Below, piece after piece: positions 1-12,520 of a stretch of DNA of 64,000 bases (its first letter is position 1; the number at the start of each line of letters is the position of its first letter). This DNA is from Malacoraja senta. Taxonomy: Eukaryota. Both the position numbers and the translations under genes were made by a program. A model generated the notes under the pieces. It did no database searches, had not been told where the DNA came from, and saw only the letters and a program-made list of their open reading frames with translations. The DNA lies in assembly GCA_038087875.1 (NCBI GenBank), contig CM075991.1, positions 434,001-498,000 of the forward strand, read 5' to 3'.

Positions 1-1245
1 TAAAGTAGCAAAGTAATAATGTTTTCTGAGCAGACTCAGTGAAATTTCAGCAACTTATTTGGAGCCCTTGGATAGATTAGAAATTGACCCCAATACTAAA
101 ACAATCTACTGGATTAATTGCTTTTTGTCGAATCAAAGAGCAATTTAAACGATGCAGGGAAGTAGTGAAATTCCTCTCAGTAAGTCAGTGCTCACAGGAC
201 GGTTAGGGTCATAGAGTTCCCTGCGCCCCACCTCAGCATCCTTCACCAGTTTCCCTGCTGGCCATTTAGTTAGTTCATTCAGAGGGTTGACTGTAGTCAA
301 GGGGTGAATTAGTCACTGAGAACTGAGGTAACACTCGAGTGTTGGTCCATCAGAGGACTGTCAAGGCATGATCTGCTGCCCCCGATCTGAAGCATTGCAG
401 CCGCACGTGTTTTAAGTTGTACAGGAAGCGGAGTTAATACAGTGTGGACTGCAGTGTGATCCCCTTCCTCAACAGGGGAGCAGTACCTGTACAATGTGCT
501 GGCAATATTCACCATCCCTCGGACCACCTTCACAATATAGTATTCGAGGCCATGTCTTTTAAAATCTGCACTATGGATGGGGAGATTATGAACTGATTAA
601 AAGTGTTTGTTTTGCTAAAAGAAGAAGTTCGAGAAGCAGTGACATCAGAAAATGAATCGAGGATTGGGAGCCAAGCACAATATTAAGGCAGATGAATGGA
701 GGTTCCTCCACATTTCTGAGGCAGCAATAGACAAACGATCTACCGATACCTGAACATAGATGCAGCCACCAAAGCAGCCTCTCCGTTTCATCCTGCACAT
801 TATTTCTTTCAGTTACGTTTAATCAAAGTGACTAAAATCTTTTGCATTTGCTTATCAATTGTCCCATCGTCGATGTGTATTCAGCCTAACCTGACCTCGA
901 GAGACTGATTTCCGTTCGCTGGTGTCCCTGGTTTCGTGAGGGAGCTGATAACCGTCCCAGTGGTTCACGGGCCGATTCTTCCCCCAGTCAGACGGTAGCT
1001 GATGAGAACGCCACGACGACTGTGACTGACAGCTCGTCCTTGACGAGTCCCACCACCCGCCAGTGGAGTCAGAGTAGGCCCTATGTCCATTGCCCAGCGC
1101 TGGGTGATGAACAGCAGGGGGTCCAAACCCCTGTTCTCTGGAACGCTGCCTCGGCAAGTAGGAATCAGCAGGCTGAACAGGCGGGCAGGCAAAGTGACTG
1201 AATTCACGGAAGTCGTTTCTTGGTGGATACTTTCCACGATTTGTT

Positions 1246-1445
1246 NNNNNNNNNNNNNNNNNNNNNNNNNNNNNNNNNNNNNNNNNNNNNNNNNNNNNNN
1301 NNNNNNNNNNNNNNNNNNNNNNNNNNNNNNNNNNNNNNNNNNNNNNNNNNNNNNNNNNNNNNNNNNNNNNNNNNNNNNNNNNNNNNNNNNNNNNNNNNNN
1401 NNNNNNNNNNNNNNNNNNNNNNNNNNNNNNNNNNNNNNNNNNNNN
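1246..1445. other. Assembly gap (200 N)
   Basis: Run of N. Confidence 1.
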
Positions 1446-2465
1446 GAACGAGACACAGAAAGCTGGAACACAACGCACACAAGCTAAGGCTTTTGAAATG
1501 GAAAAGAGACTGCTGGTGCCCTGCAATTTCCCTGCACCCTTCAGGCCGGCCAGAGTTAATGAAGTGCTTTTGAAGTGTAGTCACTATTACAATTTCAGAA
1601 ACACAACATCCAATTTAGGGTTGGAGCTATAGAGCAGGGAAACGGGCCCTTTGGCCCACCTTGTCCATGCGAACAAGGTCGTCTTTCTGAGCTAGTCACT
1701 TTCCATCCATGTAATCCAAAAAAAAAAAGGAAAACAAATTTTTTTTTTAAATGTTCGGCACGGACTTGAAGGGCCAGGATGGCCTGTTTCCGTGCTGTAA
1801 TGGTTAAATGGTAATGTCCAAATGTATTATAAACACTATAATTGTTCCCACCTCCGCTACTTTCTCTGGCAGCTCGTTCCATATAGTCACCACCCTCTGT
1901 GTGAAAAAGCTTTCCCTCACGTCCTCTAAGTGAAATTTGAGATAATCCTCTTCACAGTCCACTACACCATCAACTTCGGTGGTGTCTGCAAACTTACCAT
2001 GTTAACAACATTGTCATCCAAATCGTTAATATAGATGACAAACAACAGCGGAACCGGCACCCACCCCTGCAGACTCATGAAAACAACCCTCCACTACCAC
2101 CCTCTGACTCCTTCCACCAAGCCACCATTGTATGGAAATGGCTAACATTTGATCTGGTCTAACATGCAGGACTTTGTCAAAGGCCTTGCTGAAGTCCACA
2201 TAGACAACATCTACAGCCGGCCCTGGTCAATCCTCAGGATCCTTGGTAAAAAGCTGAATCAAAGTAGTGACACATAATTCCTCACACACAAAGTCTTGCT
2301 GACTATCACTATGGAGTAGAATGGAGATGAAGAGGAATTTCTTTAGTCAGAGGGTGGTAAATCTGTGCAATTCATTGCCACAGACAGCTGTGGAGGCAAA
2401 GTCAATGGGTATTTTTAAGGCAGAGATAGATTAGTTCTTGATTAGTAAGGGAATCAAAGATTATA

Positions 2466-2785
2466 GCGGTCACGGTGGTGCAGCGGTAGAGTTGCTGCCT
2501 TACAGCGAATGCAGCGCCGGAGACCCGGGTTCCATCCTGACTACAAGTGCTGTCTGTACAGAATTTGTACGTTCTCCCTGTGACCTGCATAGGTTTTCTC
2601 CGAGATCTTCGGTTTCGTCGCACACTCCAAAATCGTACAGGTTTGCAGGTTAATTGGCTTGGTAAATGTAAACCTAGTGGGTGTAGGATAGTGTCAATGT
2701 GCGAGGATCGCTGGCCGGCACGGACCCCGATGGGCCGAAAGGGCCTGTTTCCCCACTGTATCTCTAAACTAAGCTAAACTAAATC
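2466..2785 (+). mobile_element. tRNA-derived HE1-like V-SINE
   Basis: A/B-box head (ggtgcagcgg...gggttccatcc), V-domain (gttctccctgtgacctgc...cacactccaaa), CR1-like tail and (taaac)n. Confidence 0.88.
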
Positions 2786-3660
2786 ATGGGGGAAGGCAGA
2801 AGAATGGAGTTGAGAGGAAAAAATCGATCAGCTATGATCGAATGGCAGAGCAATGGGCTGAATGGCTTAATTCTGCTCTTATGCCTTATCAACATGAGTA
2901 GTTCTTGCTCATAACTTCTGAGAGTGTGGAGTCCTTTGCTGAGGGCGGAATAGTCAAATATTAGAGTACAGCTTTAAATTGAAGGGAGATGCGTGGAGCA
3001 AGTTTTGTTTACACAGAGATAGCTGGAATCTGCTGCCAAGGTGGAGGTGAAGCAGACACAATAGCCACATTTAAGAGGCATTTAGACAGGCACATGAACA
3101 GGCAGGGAATGGAGAGAGAAAGCCATGTGTAGATGGAGTTGTATTATGGTTGTTATAAATATCATGAGCCAGATGGACTGTTCCTGTGCTATGTTCAAAT
3201 TGCACTCTCAATACAAGTAGATACTTTCTAATGTCAGGATAAACAAAATTCTTAGTAAAACTAGACATGGAATTGATGGAGAAATTCCATCAATTCAGTA
3301 ACATGATATTCATGTTACTGGTTGTCTGGTTCGGTTCTCATTGTTTATAACCCAAACATTTTGCCAGTTGGAAGTTCCCGAAGAACAGAAGATTCCTGTA
3401 GCCCCAAGCCAGCGAATCCTCCCACTGGTCTCCCAAACACTCACACACATGTACAAGTTGTACAAAAGTCGGGGGGTTGTAAGGCGAGGAGCATCTTATG
3501 TAGAAATGTTTAGAAATGTAAGCATCCCATCGATAATGTTATCAATTTATCTAAAAACATACATGCAAAATTCCTTACGTTTACTGTACAGACGGGATAG
3601 TGCAACAGGCTGCTCCGCTCAATAGGGATTTATTAAGCAACCAAATACTAAAAAAAAAAG

Positions 3661-3840
3661 ACATATAGTGCTGGAGTAACTCAGCGAGTCAGGCAGCATC
3701 TCTGGTGAACATGGATGGATAGGTGACCTTTTGGGTCGGGACGCTTTTTAGTCTGAAGAAGGGTCCTGATCTGAAACATCAGCTAACCATGTTCTCCGGT
3801 GATGCTGCCTGACCTGCTGAGTTACGCCAGCACTATGTGT
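3661..3840. repeat. Palindromic mini-element made of two inverted Penelope terminal-repeat arms
   Basis: tagtgctggagtaactcagc...aggcagcatc is mirrored by gatgctgcct...gctgagttacgccagcacta. Confidence 0.85.
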
Positions 3841-4186
3841 GCATTAAAAAAAAAAACAGCATCTACAGTTCCTTGTTGGCTGTGGAAGAGGTGATAACAA
3901 AGGGATAAATGGAAGTGGACACTGGAACTTGGAGGACGGCTGGGGTGGTGGAGGAGTGGAGAGAGGGGGGAATGCAGGGGTTTACTTGAAATCGGAGAAA
4001 TCAAGGTTCATATCACTCTGTTGTAAGCTGCCAAAGTGAATCCCCGGAGAACATGGATAGAGGTGAAGTTTTGGGACGGGATCCTTGACCAAGTGTGCCT
4101 ACTTTGAAGAAGTTCCCCTCCTATCTCCGACCTCCATTTTGACTGACTGGAGGCAGGGAGCTGAGAGAGGCCACTCATTCACTGAC

Positions 4187-4327
4187 CTGTGGACTATTCT
4201 GTTCACCCCTGGTTTTCCATTGGCTTTGGCTGCTGCTTGCGTCGTTGCTGGTGCAACCAGCCAATCCGTGGCTGGGAATCTGCTCCCGACGTAGATATCC
4301 GTGAAGAAAGGATCATCTTCCAGTTCC
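4187..4327 (-). CDS. FHIP2B: FHIP2B-like exon 12: ELEDDPFFTDIYVGSRF...GKPGVNRIVH
   Basis: ctcctag acceptor, AG|gtcagt donor, 141 nt, phase 2/2. Contains the LE.DP.FTD motif. Later exons were not found in the window. Confidence 0.88.
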
Positions 4328-4744
4328 CTAGGAGTACAATAGGAGGAGAGCCAGGTCAGCCCGTCATTGGGTACATGCCCACCAATGGACAGCAGAGCAA
4401 TCTGTGGCACAGAGTCCGCAATTTAATGGGATCACAGCAGTTAAATAAAAACTGTCCACTCCAATACTATTTCCCAGCTTTTATTTTATTTGTTAATGTG
4501 TGGCTTTGTGGTTGAGCCCATTATTTATTGCCAATCTCTTGTAAAGAAGGCAATGAAACCGTACAGAACTGTGGCACGGTGGTGCAGGGGTAGAGTTGCT
4601 CCTTACAGCGCTAGAGACCCGGGTTCAATCCTGACTACGGATGCTTGTCTGTACCGCTACAGTTCCACACTGTATCTTTAAAACTAAAACTAGAACTGCA
4701 GTTAGGCCACAGTTGGAGTAAACTGCAGTCCTGCTCGCACCATT

Positions 4745-6570
4745 GGACAAGGGAGAGCCAGTGGATGTAGTGTACCTGGACTTTCCGAAAGCATTTGGTA
4801 AGGTCCCACATAGGAGATTAGTGGGCAATATTAGGGCACATGGTATTGGGGGTAGAGCGCTGACGTGGGATAGACAATTGGTTGGCAGACAGGAAACAAA
4901 GAGTAGGGATTAACGGGACCCTTTCAGATGGCAGGCAGTGACTATTGGGGTACCGCGAGGCTCGGAGCTGGACCGCAGCTATTTACAATATACATCAATG
5001 ATTTAGATGGAGGGATTCAAAGTAACATTAGCAAATTTGCAGATGACACAAATCTGGGTGTCAGTGTGAACTGTGAGGTGAGAGGGCAGATGCATGGCAG
5101 ATGCAGTTTAATGTGGTATATATGTGAGGTTATTCATAGCAAAAGGATTTGAATATAGGAGCAGGGAGGTTCTACTGCAGTTGTACAGGGTCTTGGTGAG
5201 ACCACACCTGGAGTATTGCGTACAGTTTTGGTCTCCAAATCTGAGGAAAGACATTCTTGCCATAGAGGGAGTACAGAGAAGGTTCAGCAGACTGATTCCT
5301 GGGATGTCAGGACTTTCATATGAAGAAAGACTGGATAGACTTGGCTTGTACTCGCTAGAATTTAGAAGATTGAGGGGGGATCTTATAGAAACTTACAAAA
5401 TTCTTAAGGGGTTGGACAGGCTAGATGCAGGAAGATTGTTCCCGATGTTGGGGAAGTCCAGGACAAGGGGTCACAGTTTAAGGATAAAGGGGAAATCCTT
5501 TAGGACCGAGATGAGAAAAATATTTTTCACACAGAGAGTGGTGAATCTCTGGAACTCTCTGCCACAGAAGGTAGTTGAGGCCAGTTCATTGGCTATATTT
5601 AAGAGGGAGTTAGATGTGGCCTTGTGGCTAAAGGGATCAGAGGGTATGGAGAGAAGGCAGGTACAGGATACTGAGTTGGATGATCAGCCATGATCATATT
5701 GAATGGCGGTGCAGGCTCGAAGGGCCGAATGGCCTACTCCTGCACCTATTTTCTATGTTTCTATGTTTTTTATGTTATCCATTTTGGTAGCAAAAACAGG
5801 AAGGCAGATTATTATCTAAATGGTGTCGTTGGGAAAAGGGGAAGTACAATGGGATCTTGGGGTCCTTGTTCATCAGTCAATGAAAGTAAGCATGCAGGTA
5901 CAGCAGGCAGTGAAGAAAGCGAATGGCATATTGGCCTTTATAACAAGAGGAGTTGAGTATAGGAGCAAAGAGGTCCTTCTGCTGTTGTATAGGGCCCTAG
6001 TGAGACCACACCAGGAGTATAGTGTGCAGTTTTGGTCCCCTAATTTGAGGAAGGACATTCCTGCTATTGAGGGAGTGCAGCGTAGGTTTACAAGGTTAAT
6101 TCCCGGGCTGGCGAGACTGTCATATGCTGAGAGAATGGAGTGACTGGGCCTGTATACTCTGGAATTTAGAAGGATGAGAGGGAATCTTATTGAAACATAA
6201 AAGATTTTTAAGGGTTTGGACACGCTAGAGGCAGGAAACACGTTCCCGATGTTGGGGGAGTTCAGAACCTGTGGCCACAGTTTAAGAATAAGGGGTAAGG
6301 CATTTAGAATGGAGATGAGGAAACACTTCTGCACACAGAGAGTTGTGTCTGTGGAATTCTCTGCCTCAGAAGGCAGTGGAGGCCGGTTCTCTGGATACTT
6401 TCAAGAGAGAGCTTGATAGGGTTCTTGAAGATAGCAGAGTCAGGGGATATGGGGAGAAGGCAGGATCGGGATACTGATTGTGGATAATCAGCCATGATCA
6501 CATTGAATGGCGGTGCTGACTCGAAGGGCCGAATGGCCTACTCCTGCACCTATTGTTTATTGTGTATTAC
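4745..6570 (+). mobile_element. CR1 LINE 3' portion with a younger CR1 3' portion (about 5136-5770) nested inside
   Basis: FADDT and RPHLEYCVQFWSP...RRLRGDLIE motifs occur twice, and there are two separate microsatellite tails. Confidence 0.9.
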
Positions 6571-7512
6571 AAGATGGATGTGGTGATTCTGGAGACGGGT
6601 GCAGAAGAGGTTTACACGGATTATAGAGTTATTAGTTATAAAGTTTTAAAAAGAAACAAAAATGCTGGAGTAACTCAGCGGGTGAGGCAGCATGTCTGGA
6701 GAAAAGGAATGGGAGACCCTTCTTCAGACTCATAAAGTTACAAAGAGAGGTTGGACAAACTTGGATTGTGTAATCATTAATCTGAGGGAAGCCCTGATCA
6801 AAGTATAGAATATTATGGAGGCAGAGGTAGGGTAGATAGCCCGAGCCCATTTCCCATAGTAGAAATGTCATACACGAGAGGGCACGGGTTTAAGGTGAGA
6901 GGGGGACAGTTTTTAAAAAGATGCGCATGGTAAGTAATTTTACACAGAGATGACTGAAACATTCTGCCAAGGGGAATGGTGGAAGCAGACAGAATATTGA
7001 TGTTTCAGAGGCATTTAGACAGACTCATGAACAGGAAGGGAATGGAGGGACACAAAATGCAGGAGGAACTCAGCGGGGAGATTGCAGGACAGTCTGCATC
7101 TCTGGAGAGAAGGAATAGGTGACATTTTGGGTCGAGACCTTTCTTCAGACTGATTGAGAATAGAGGGATATGGATCACGTGCGGGTAGAGGAGGTTAGTC
7201 ATGGTTGGCACAGGCATTGTGGGCTGAAGGGCCTGTGCTATACTGTCTTGTTCACTGGATGAATGCACCACAGACCACTTCCACTGTGTTGTACTGCAGC
7301 TCTTCACAAACCTTGGTCTGAGTTTCAAACAAAGCAGCAGGTGGAAGTAGAGGAAACAGCCGCCTCTTGGTAGAAAGAACTGAAGACGCTGGTTTTAAAA
7401 AAGGTACAAAGTGCTGGGTCAGGCAACATCCCTGGAGACTATGGTTGGAATCCTTGTTCAGATTGAAGAAAGGTTCCGACCTGAAATGTCCCTATCTGTC
7501 TTTTTCAGAGAT

Positions 7513-8070
7513 AAAGTAAAGTAAAGTCAACTTTATTGTCAATTCAAATAATGCAACAAGAAGTTACACAGAGGATTGAAATTGCGTTTCCCCATACTCC
7601 AATGTGCAAGTAATATTTATAACACAGACAATATACCAACAAAGATAGACAATGGACATATACATTATATAAAATATTCAGTGTGCCAGAGTGTAGTAAA
7701 ATTTTGAGGTATGTTATTAAGGTGCAATAATAAAAGGTGCAATATAGAAAAGTGCAACTAGCATACTGCAGACATTGAGTTAAAGTTAATTTGACAGTCA
7801 GTTGGTCTTTGTGTAATGTTCATGGAATTTTCTTGAGTGTGTTGAGTAGTCTGATGGCCTGAGGGAAAAAGCTGTTTTTGAATCTGGTGGTTTTGCTCCG
7901 CATGCTGCGGTAGCGCTTGCCGGATGGTAGGAGGGTGAACAGTTTGTGTGCTGGGTGGGTGGTGTCTTTGATGATATTGGTTGCTCTCTTGCGACAGCGA
8001 GATGGGTATAAGTCCTGGATTGCTGGTTGGGGTGATCTAGTGATCTTCTCCGCTGTCTGACCTGACCCAC
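7513..8070 (-). mobile_element. Rex1/Babar-like LINE 3' fragment (related older fragments at about 15090-15430, 40740-41130, 49480-50620, 58128-58610)
   Basis: Minus strand reads IIKDTTHPAHKLFTLLPSGKRYRS...RFKNSFFPQAIRLLN, followed by a gacaataaa and (ttact)n tail. Confidence 0.75.
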
Positions 8071-8237
8071 TGAATCACTCCAGCACTTTGTGCGTCTTGG
8101 TAAATTGGCTGAGGATTGAGCCTGAGGCCCAGGAAGAGGTGCTAGACAAAGAGGGCTGCACAGAAGCAGCTCCTCTCATGCACAGCCGAGCGCTCCCACC
8201 ATCACCGTCACTAATGACAACTCTCCCAGTTCCTTAC

Positions 8238-8401
8238 TCTGCCTCGTCCAGTAGTTCGCTGTCTGCAGCCGCCTCCTCGGGTCCACTGTTGTGCGCAACG
8301 TAACGACGGTCACTGAGGTTCCGCAGCACCAGGTTATAAATGATGTGCTCGTGAGATTTCTGCAGGAGCTGTTCGAAGAATCTGAGACTGGCCATGCTGA
8401 T
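8238..8401 (-). CDS. FHIP2B: FHIP2B-like exon 11: [37 protein letters not shown]...
   Basis: Translated by hand. ctcgtag acceptor, GA|gtaagg donor, 164 nt, phase 0 to 2. Contains the FE.LLQK.HE.I...LVLRNL..R.Y motif. Confidence 0.92.
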
Positions 8402-8776
8402 CTACGAGAATCCACAACATGTACAACTCACTCAGGGCACAGGGTCATGCAGCACGGAGACAGGAACTTCACACCAACCAGCCCACACCGACAAAAATGC
8501 CCCATCTACACTAGTCCCCACCTGTTCACGTTGGGCCCATAATCCCTCTAAATCCTTCTTATCCATGTACTGTCCAAATGTCTTTTGAATGTTGTTATAG
8601 TACCTGCCTCAACTACCTCCTCTGGCAACTTGTTCCATACACCCACAACCCTCAGTGTGAAATCGTTGCCTCTCAGGTTCCTATTAAATATTTTCCCCTC
8701 CCACCTTAAATCTATATGTTCTGGTTCTTGATTCCCCTAGTCTGCGTAAAAGACTCACACTATCTATCCCCCTCAT

Positions 8777-9175
8777 AGAAACATAGACATAGACATAGAA
8801 AATAGGTGCAGGAGGAGGCCATTCGGCCCTTCGAGCCAGCACCACCATTCATTGTGATCATGGTTGATCGTCCCCAATCAATAACCCGTGCCTGCCTTCT
8901 CCCCATATCCCTTGACTCCAATAGCCCCTTGAGCTCTATCTAACTTTCTCTTAAATCCATCCAGTGACTTGGCCTCCACTGCCCTCTGTGGCAGGGAATT
9001 CCATAAATTCACAACATCCTTCTAAACTCCAGTGAATACAAGCCTAGTCTTTTCAATCTTTCCTCATATGACAGTCCCGCCATCCCAGGGATCAATCTCG
9101 TGAACCTACACCGCACTGCCTCAATCACAAAGTTGTCCTTCCTCAAATTAGGAGACCAAAACTGTACACAATACA
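8777..9175 (-). mobile_element. CR1 3' fragment (internally deleted) inserted in an older minus-strand CR1 (about 8440-8776 and 10521-10680)
   Basis: YCVQFWSPNLRKD on the minus strand with an (acatag)n tail. The host element resumes after 10520. Confidence 0.85.
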
Positions 9176-9180
9176 TGATT

Positions 9181-10520
9181 AGGGTCTGATTAGGAACAGT
9201 CAACATGGATTTGTGCCTGGAAGGTCATGCTTGACTAATCTTCTTGAATTTTTCGAAGAGGTTACTAGGGAAATTGATGAGGGTAAAGCAGTGGATGTTG
9301 TCTATATGGACTTCAGTAAGGCCTTTGACAAGGTTCCTCATGGAAGGTTGGTTAAGAAGATTCAATTGTTGGGTATTAATGGTGGAGTAGCAAGATGGAT
9401 TCAACAGTGGCTGAATGGGAGATGCCAGAGAGTAATGGTGGATGGCTGTTTGTCAGGTTGGAGGCCAGTGACTAGTGGGGTGCCTCAGGGGTCTGTGTTG
9501 GGTCCACTGTTGTTTGTCATGTACATCAATGATCTGGATGAAGGTGTGGAAAATTGGATTAGTAAGTATGCAGATGATACTAAGATAGGTGGTGTTGTGG
9601 ATAATGAAGTAGATTTTCAAAGTCTACAGAGAGATTTAGGCCATTTGGAAGAGTGGGCTGAAAGATGGCAGATGGAGATTAATGCTGACAAATGTGAGGT
9701 GCTACATCTCGGCAGGACAAATCAAAATAGGACGTACACGGTAAATGGTAGCGAATTGAGGAATGCAGTTGAACAGAGGGATCTAGGAATAACTGTGCAT
9801 AGTTCCCTGAAGGTGGAATCTCATGTAGATAGGGTGGTAAAGAAAGCTTTTGGTGTGCTGGCCTTTATAAATCAGAGCATTGAATATAGAAGTTGGGATG
9901 TAATGTTAAAATTGTACAAGGCATTGGTGAGGGCAATTCTGGAGTATGGAGTACAATTTTGGTCGCCTAATTATAGGAAGGATGTCAACAAAATAGAGAG
10001 AGTACAGAGGAGATTTACTAGAATGTTGCCTGGGTTTCAGCAACCAAGTTACAGAGAAAGGTTGAACAAGTTAGGTCTTTATTCTTTGGAGCGCAGAAGG
10101 TTAAGAGGGGACTTGATAGAGGTCTTTAAAATTATGAGCGGGTTAGACAGAGTGGACGTGGATAAGCTTTTCCCATTGAGAGTAGGGAACATTCAAACAA
10201 GGGGACATGACTTGAGAATTAAGGGACAGAAGTTTAGGGGAAACATTAGGGGGAACTTCTTTACTCAGAGAGTGGTAGCTGTGTGGAAGTTTCCAGTGGA
10301 AGTGGTGGAGGCAGGTTCGATGTTATCCTTTAAAAATAGATTGGATGGGTATATGGACGGGAAAGGAATGGAGGGTTATGGTCTGAGTGCAGGTAGATGG
10401 GACTAGGGGGAAGTATTTATTTTTAATTTAAAAAAAAAATAATTTAAAAAAAAATGTTCGGCACGGACTTGAAGGGCCGAGATGGCCTGTTTCCGTGCTG
10501 TTATGGTTATATGGTTATAT
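9181..10520 (+). mobile_element. Young 5'-truncated CR1 LINE with uninterrupted 397-aa RT ORF fragment
   Basis: ORF 9213-10406 has [17 protein letters not shown] and YADD, followed by an (atggttat)n tail. Confidence 0.95.
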
Positions 10521-10764
10521 GATCTTATACACCTCTATAAGATCACCTCTCATCTTCCGGCACTCCAAGGAATAAAGTCCTAGCCTGTTCAAATTCTCCC
10601 GATAGCTCCGACCCTTTAGTCCTGGTAACATCTGCATGAATCTTCTCTGCATCCTTTCCAGGCTGACAACATCTTTCTTTATCTGTCCCCATCATGAGCT
10701 GATACTGTAAGGTCATGCTACATGACAGCAAGAAAGGTGAGGTTTGCAACGTCAAGATGGTCAT

Positions 10765-11080
10765 TTTAGTTTAGTTTAGAGATACAACATGGAAACAGGC
10801 CTTCGTCCCACCGAGTCTGCACCGACCAGCGATCCCTGCACACCAATACAAGCCTACAAACATGGGATAATTTACACTCATACTAAGTATACAAACACAA
10901 GCCAATTAACCTACAAACCTGTACATCTTTGGAGTGTGGGAGGAAACCAAAACCTCGGAGAAAACCCAAACATGGTCACGGGGAGAACGTACAAGCTCCG
11001 TACAGACAGCACCCGTAGTCGGGATCAAATTCGGGTCTCAAAGGCAGCAACTCTAGCAGTGCGTCACCGTGCCGCCCATG
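10765..11080 (-). mobile_element. HE1-like V-SINE
   Basis: Reverse complement of the family structure. Confidence 0.85.
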
Positions 11081-11254
11081 GTTTAAGCATTCACCAGTAT
11101 CAACCTCGGTTGCAAATATAAACTCAAAGATGGGCACAAACTTATTTCTTCCAGCCTATGGGGTGGAGTGCAGCCAAATTATCCTGGCTCACTTGTATTT
11201 CTCAATCATTGCACCCACAGAAGCTAGCGATTCAGATTGCAAGACTGAATGAAG

Positions 11255-11550
11255 GGCAGCACAGTGGCGCAGCGGTAGAGTCGCTGCCACAGCGCCGCAG
11301 ACACGGGTTCGATCCTGACTATCGGTGCTGTCTGTACAGAGTTTTACGTTTTCCCCGTGACCTGCGTGGGATTTCTCCGGGACCTCCGGTTACCTCACAC
11401 ACTCCAAAGAGGAACAGGTTTGTAGGCTAATTGGCTTGGTAAAATTGTAAATTGTCCCTAGTGTGTGTAGGATAATGTTAGTGTGCGGGGATCGCTGGTC
11501 GTCACTCGGTGGGCTGAAGGGCCTGTTTCTGCTCTGTATCTCTAAACTAA
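11255..11550 (+). mobile_element. HE1-like V-SINE
   Basis: Head, V-domain and tail present. Confidence 0.87.
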
Positions 11551-11706
11551 AAGAGGCTGGAGCTAACTGTGTTAACGTGTGACAAGTTTGCACTGACCTG
11601 TAATGTCAGTGTGCCCTCCCCCAGTTATACAACATACTGGCCTGACACCCTTATAATGACCACACTGCCCTGACCTGTGACCCTGGCGTGCTGGGCTGGA
11701 GCTCAC

Positions 11707-11899
11707 CTCGTCAGACAGATGATTGCAACGCTCTATTAGTTGGCAGCGCAGTGCGGGACGGCCTGGGTCCACTGGCACCTCCGCCTGTCGACCATCGCCC
11801 AGCAAAAAGCAAACCAGTTGATCCAGCAGCTGAGGGGACGTGGTGTGAGCCAGGATCCCCGTCAGCAGTGCGGTGGAGGACAGGATGGCCATCTCCGAC
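11707..11899 (-). CDS. FHIP2B: FHIP2B-like exon 10: SEMAILSSTALLTGILAHTTSPQLLDQLVCFLLG...LIERCNHLSDE
   Basis: gtctag acceptor, gtgagc donor, 193 nt. Contains SE..IL.STALL and LI..C.HLSDE motifs. Confidence 0.93.
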
Positions 11900-12325
11900 C
11901 TAGACACCGTGAACAGTGGTGGTAGTCAGTCTCGTGAAGAGAAACGTGGGCAATAGGAGCATGAGAAGGCCATTCGGCCCTTCATATCTGCTAGGCCAGT
12001 CAACATGATCACAAAACATTCAACTTAAAACCCACCCCATCCCTGCCCCCTCTCTTCCATCTGGCCCCAAGAATGTCAAGAGTATTTGTTTGTCATATAT
12101 CCCAAAATGGAACAGACATTCTTACCTCCTTCCTGAATATATTCATGAATGATATTCCCTGAATATAGTCAATGATTTGGCTTCAACTACTTTCTCTAAT
12201 GCAGCATTCCACAAGTTCAGCACTCTCCCATTGACAGAGTTATACGACATGCTAATTCCATGCGGACCAAGACGCCTATCCAAATGTATTCAATTTTCCT
12301 GTATTTGGTCCAAATCCCTCTAAAA

Positions 12326-12520
12326 CAGGGGCGTTAAATTCATTTAAACTCATTTAGGTCACGGGCAAAATGCGACTTCATGCGTGCTGGATCGCGGCGC
12401 ACACACGCAAAGGCAGTCCGATCCGGCACCGCGGACAGCTGCAGCCCGCTCTGGCATTGGGGAAATCATCCCGCGGGGCCGGATCAGACCCCTTCGCGGG
12501 CCGCGAGTTTGACACCCCTG
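12326..12520. mobile_element. hAT (Charlie-like) MITE, 195 bp
   Basis: TIRs caggggcgttaaattc and gagtttgacacccctg. Exact 8-bp TSD ctctaaaa at 12318-12325 and 12521-12528. Confidence 0.9.

Noticed and set aside
309..533. VTSVLS resembling the FHIP2 C-terminal LQVTSVLS motif
   Set aside because: It is followed by a stop, has no flanking similarity or fitting splice sites, and exon 13 onward is absent.
855..1584. ORFs spanning N runs (also 40219-40627)
   Set aside because: Artefacts of assembly gaps.
2466..2545. tRNA-like sequences with A/B boxes (many copies)
   Set aside because: They are SINE heads, followed by the V-domain and/or the LINE-like tail.
9213..10406. 397-aa ORF as a host gene or autonomous LINE
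   Set aside because: It is a 5'-truncated CR1 ORF2 fragment lacking the endonuclease and promoter.
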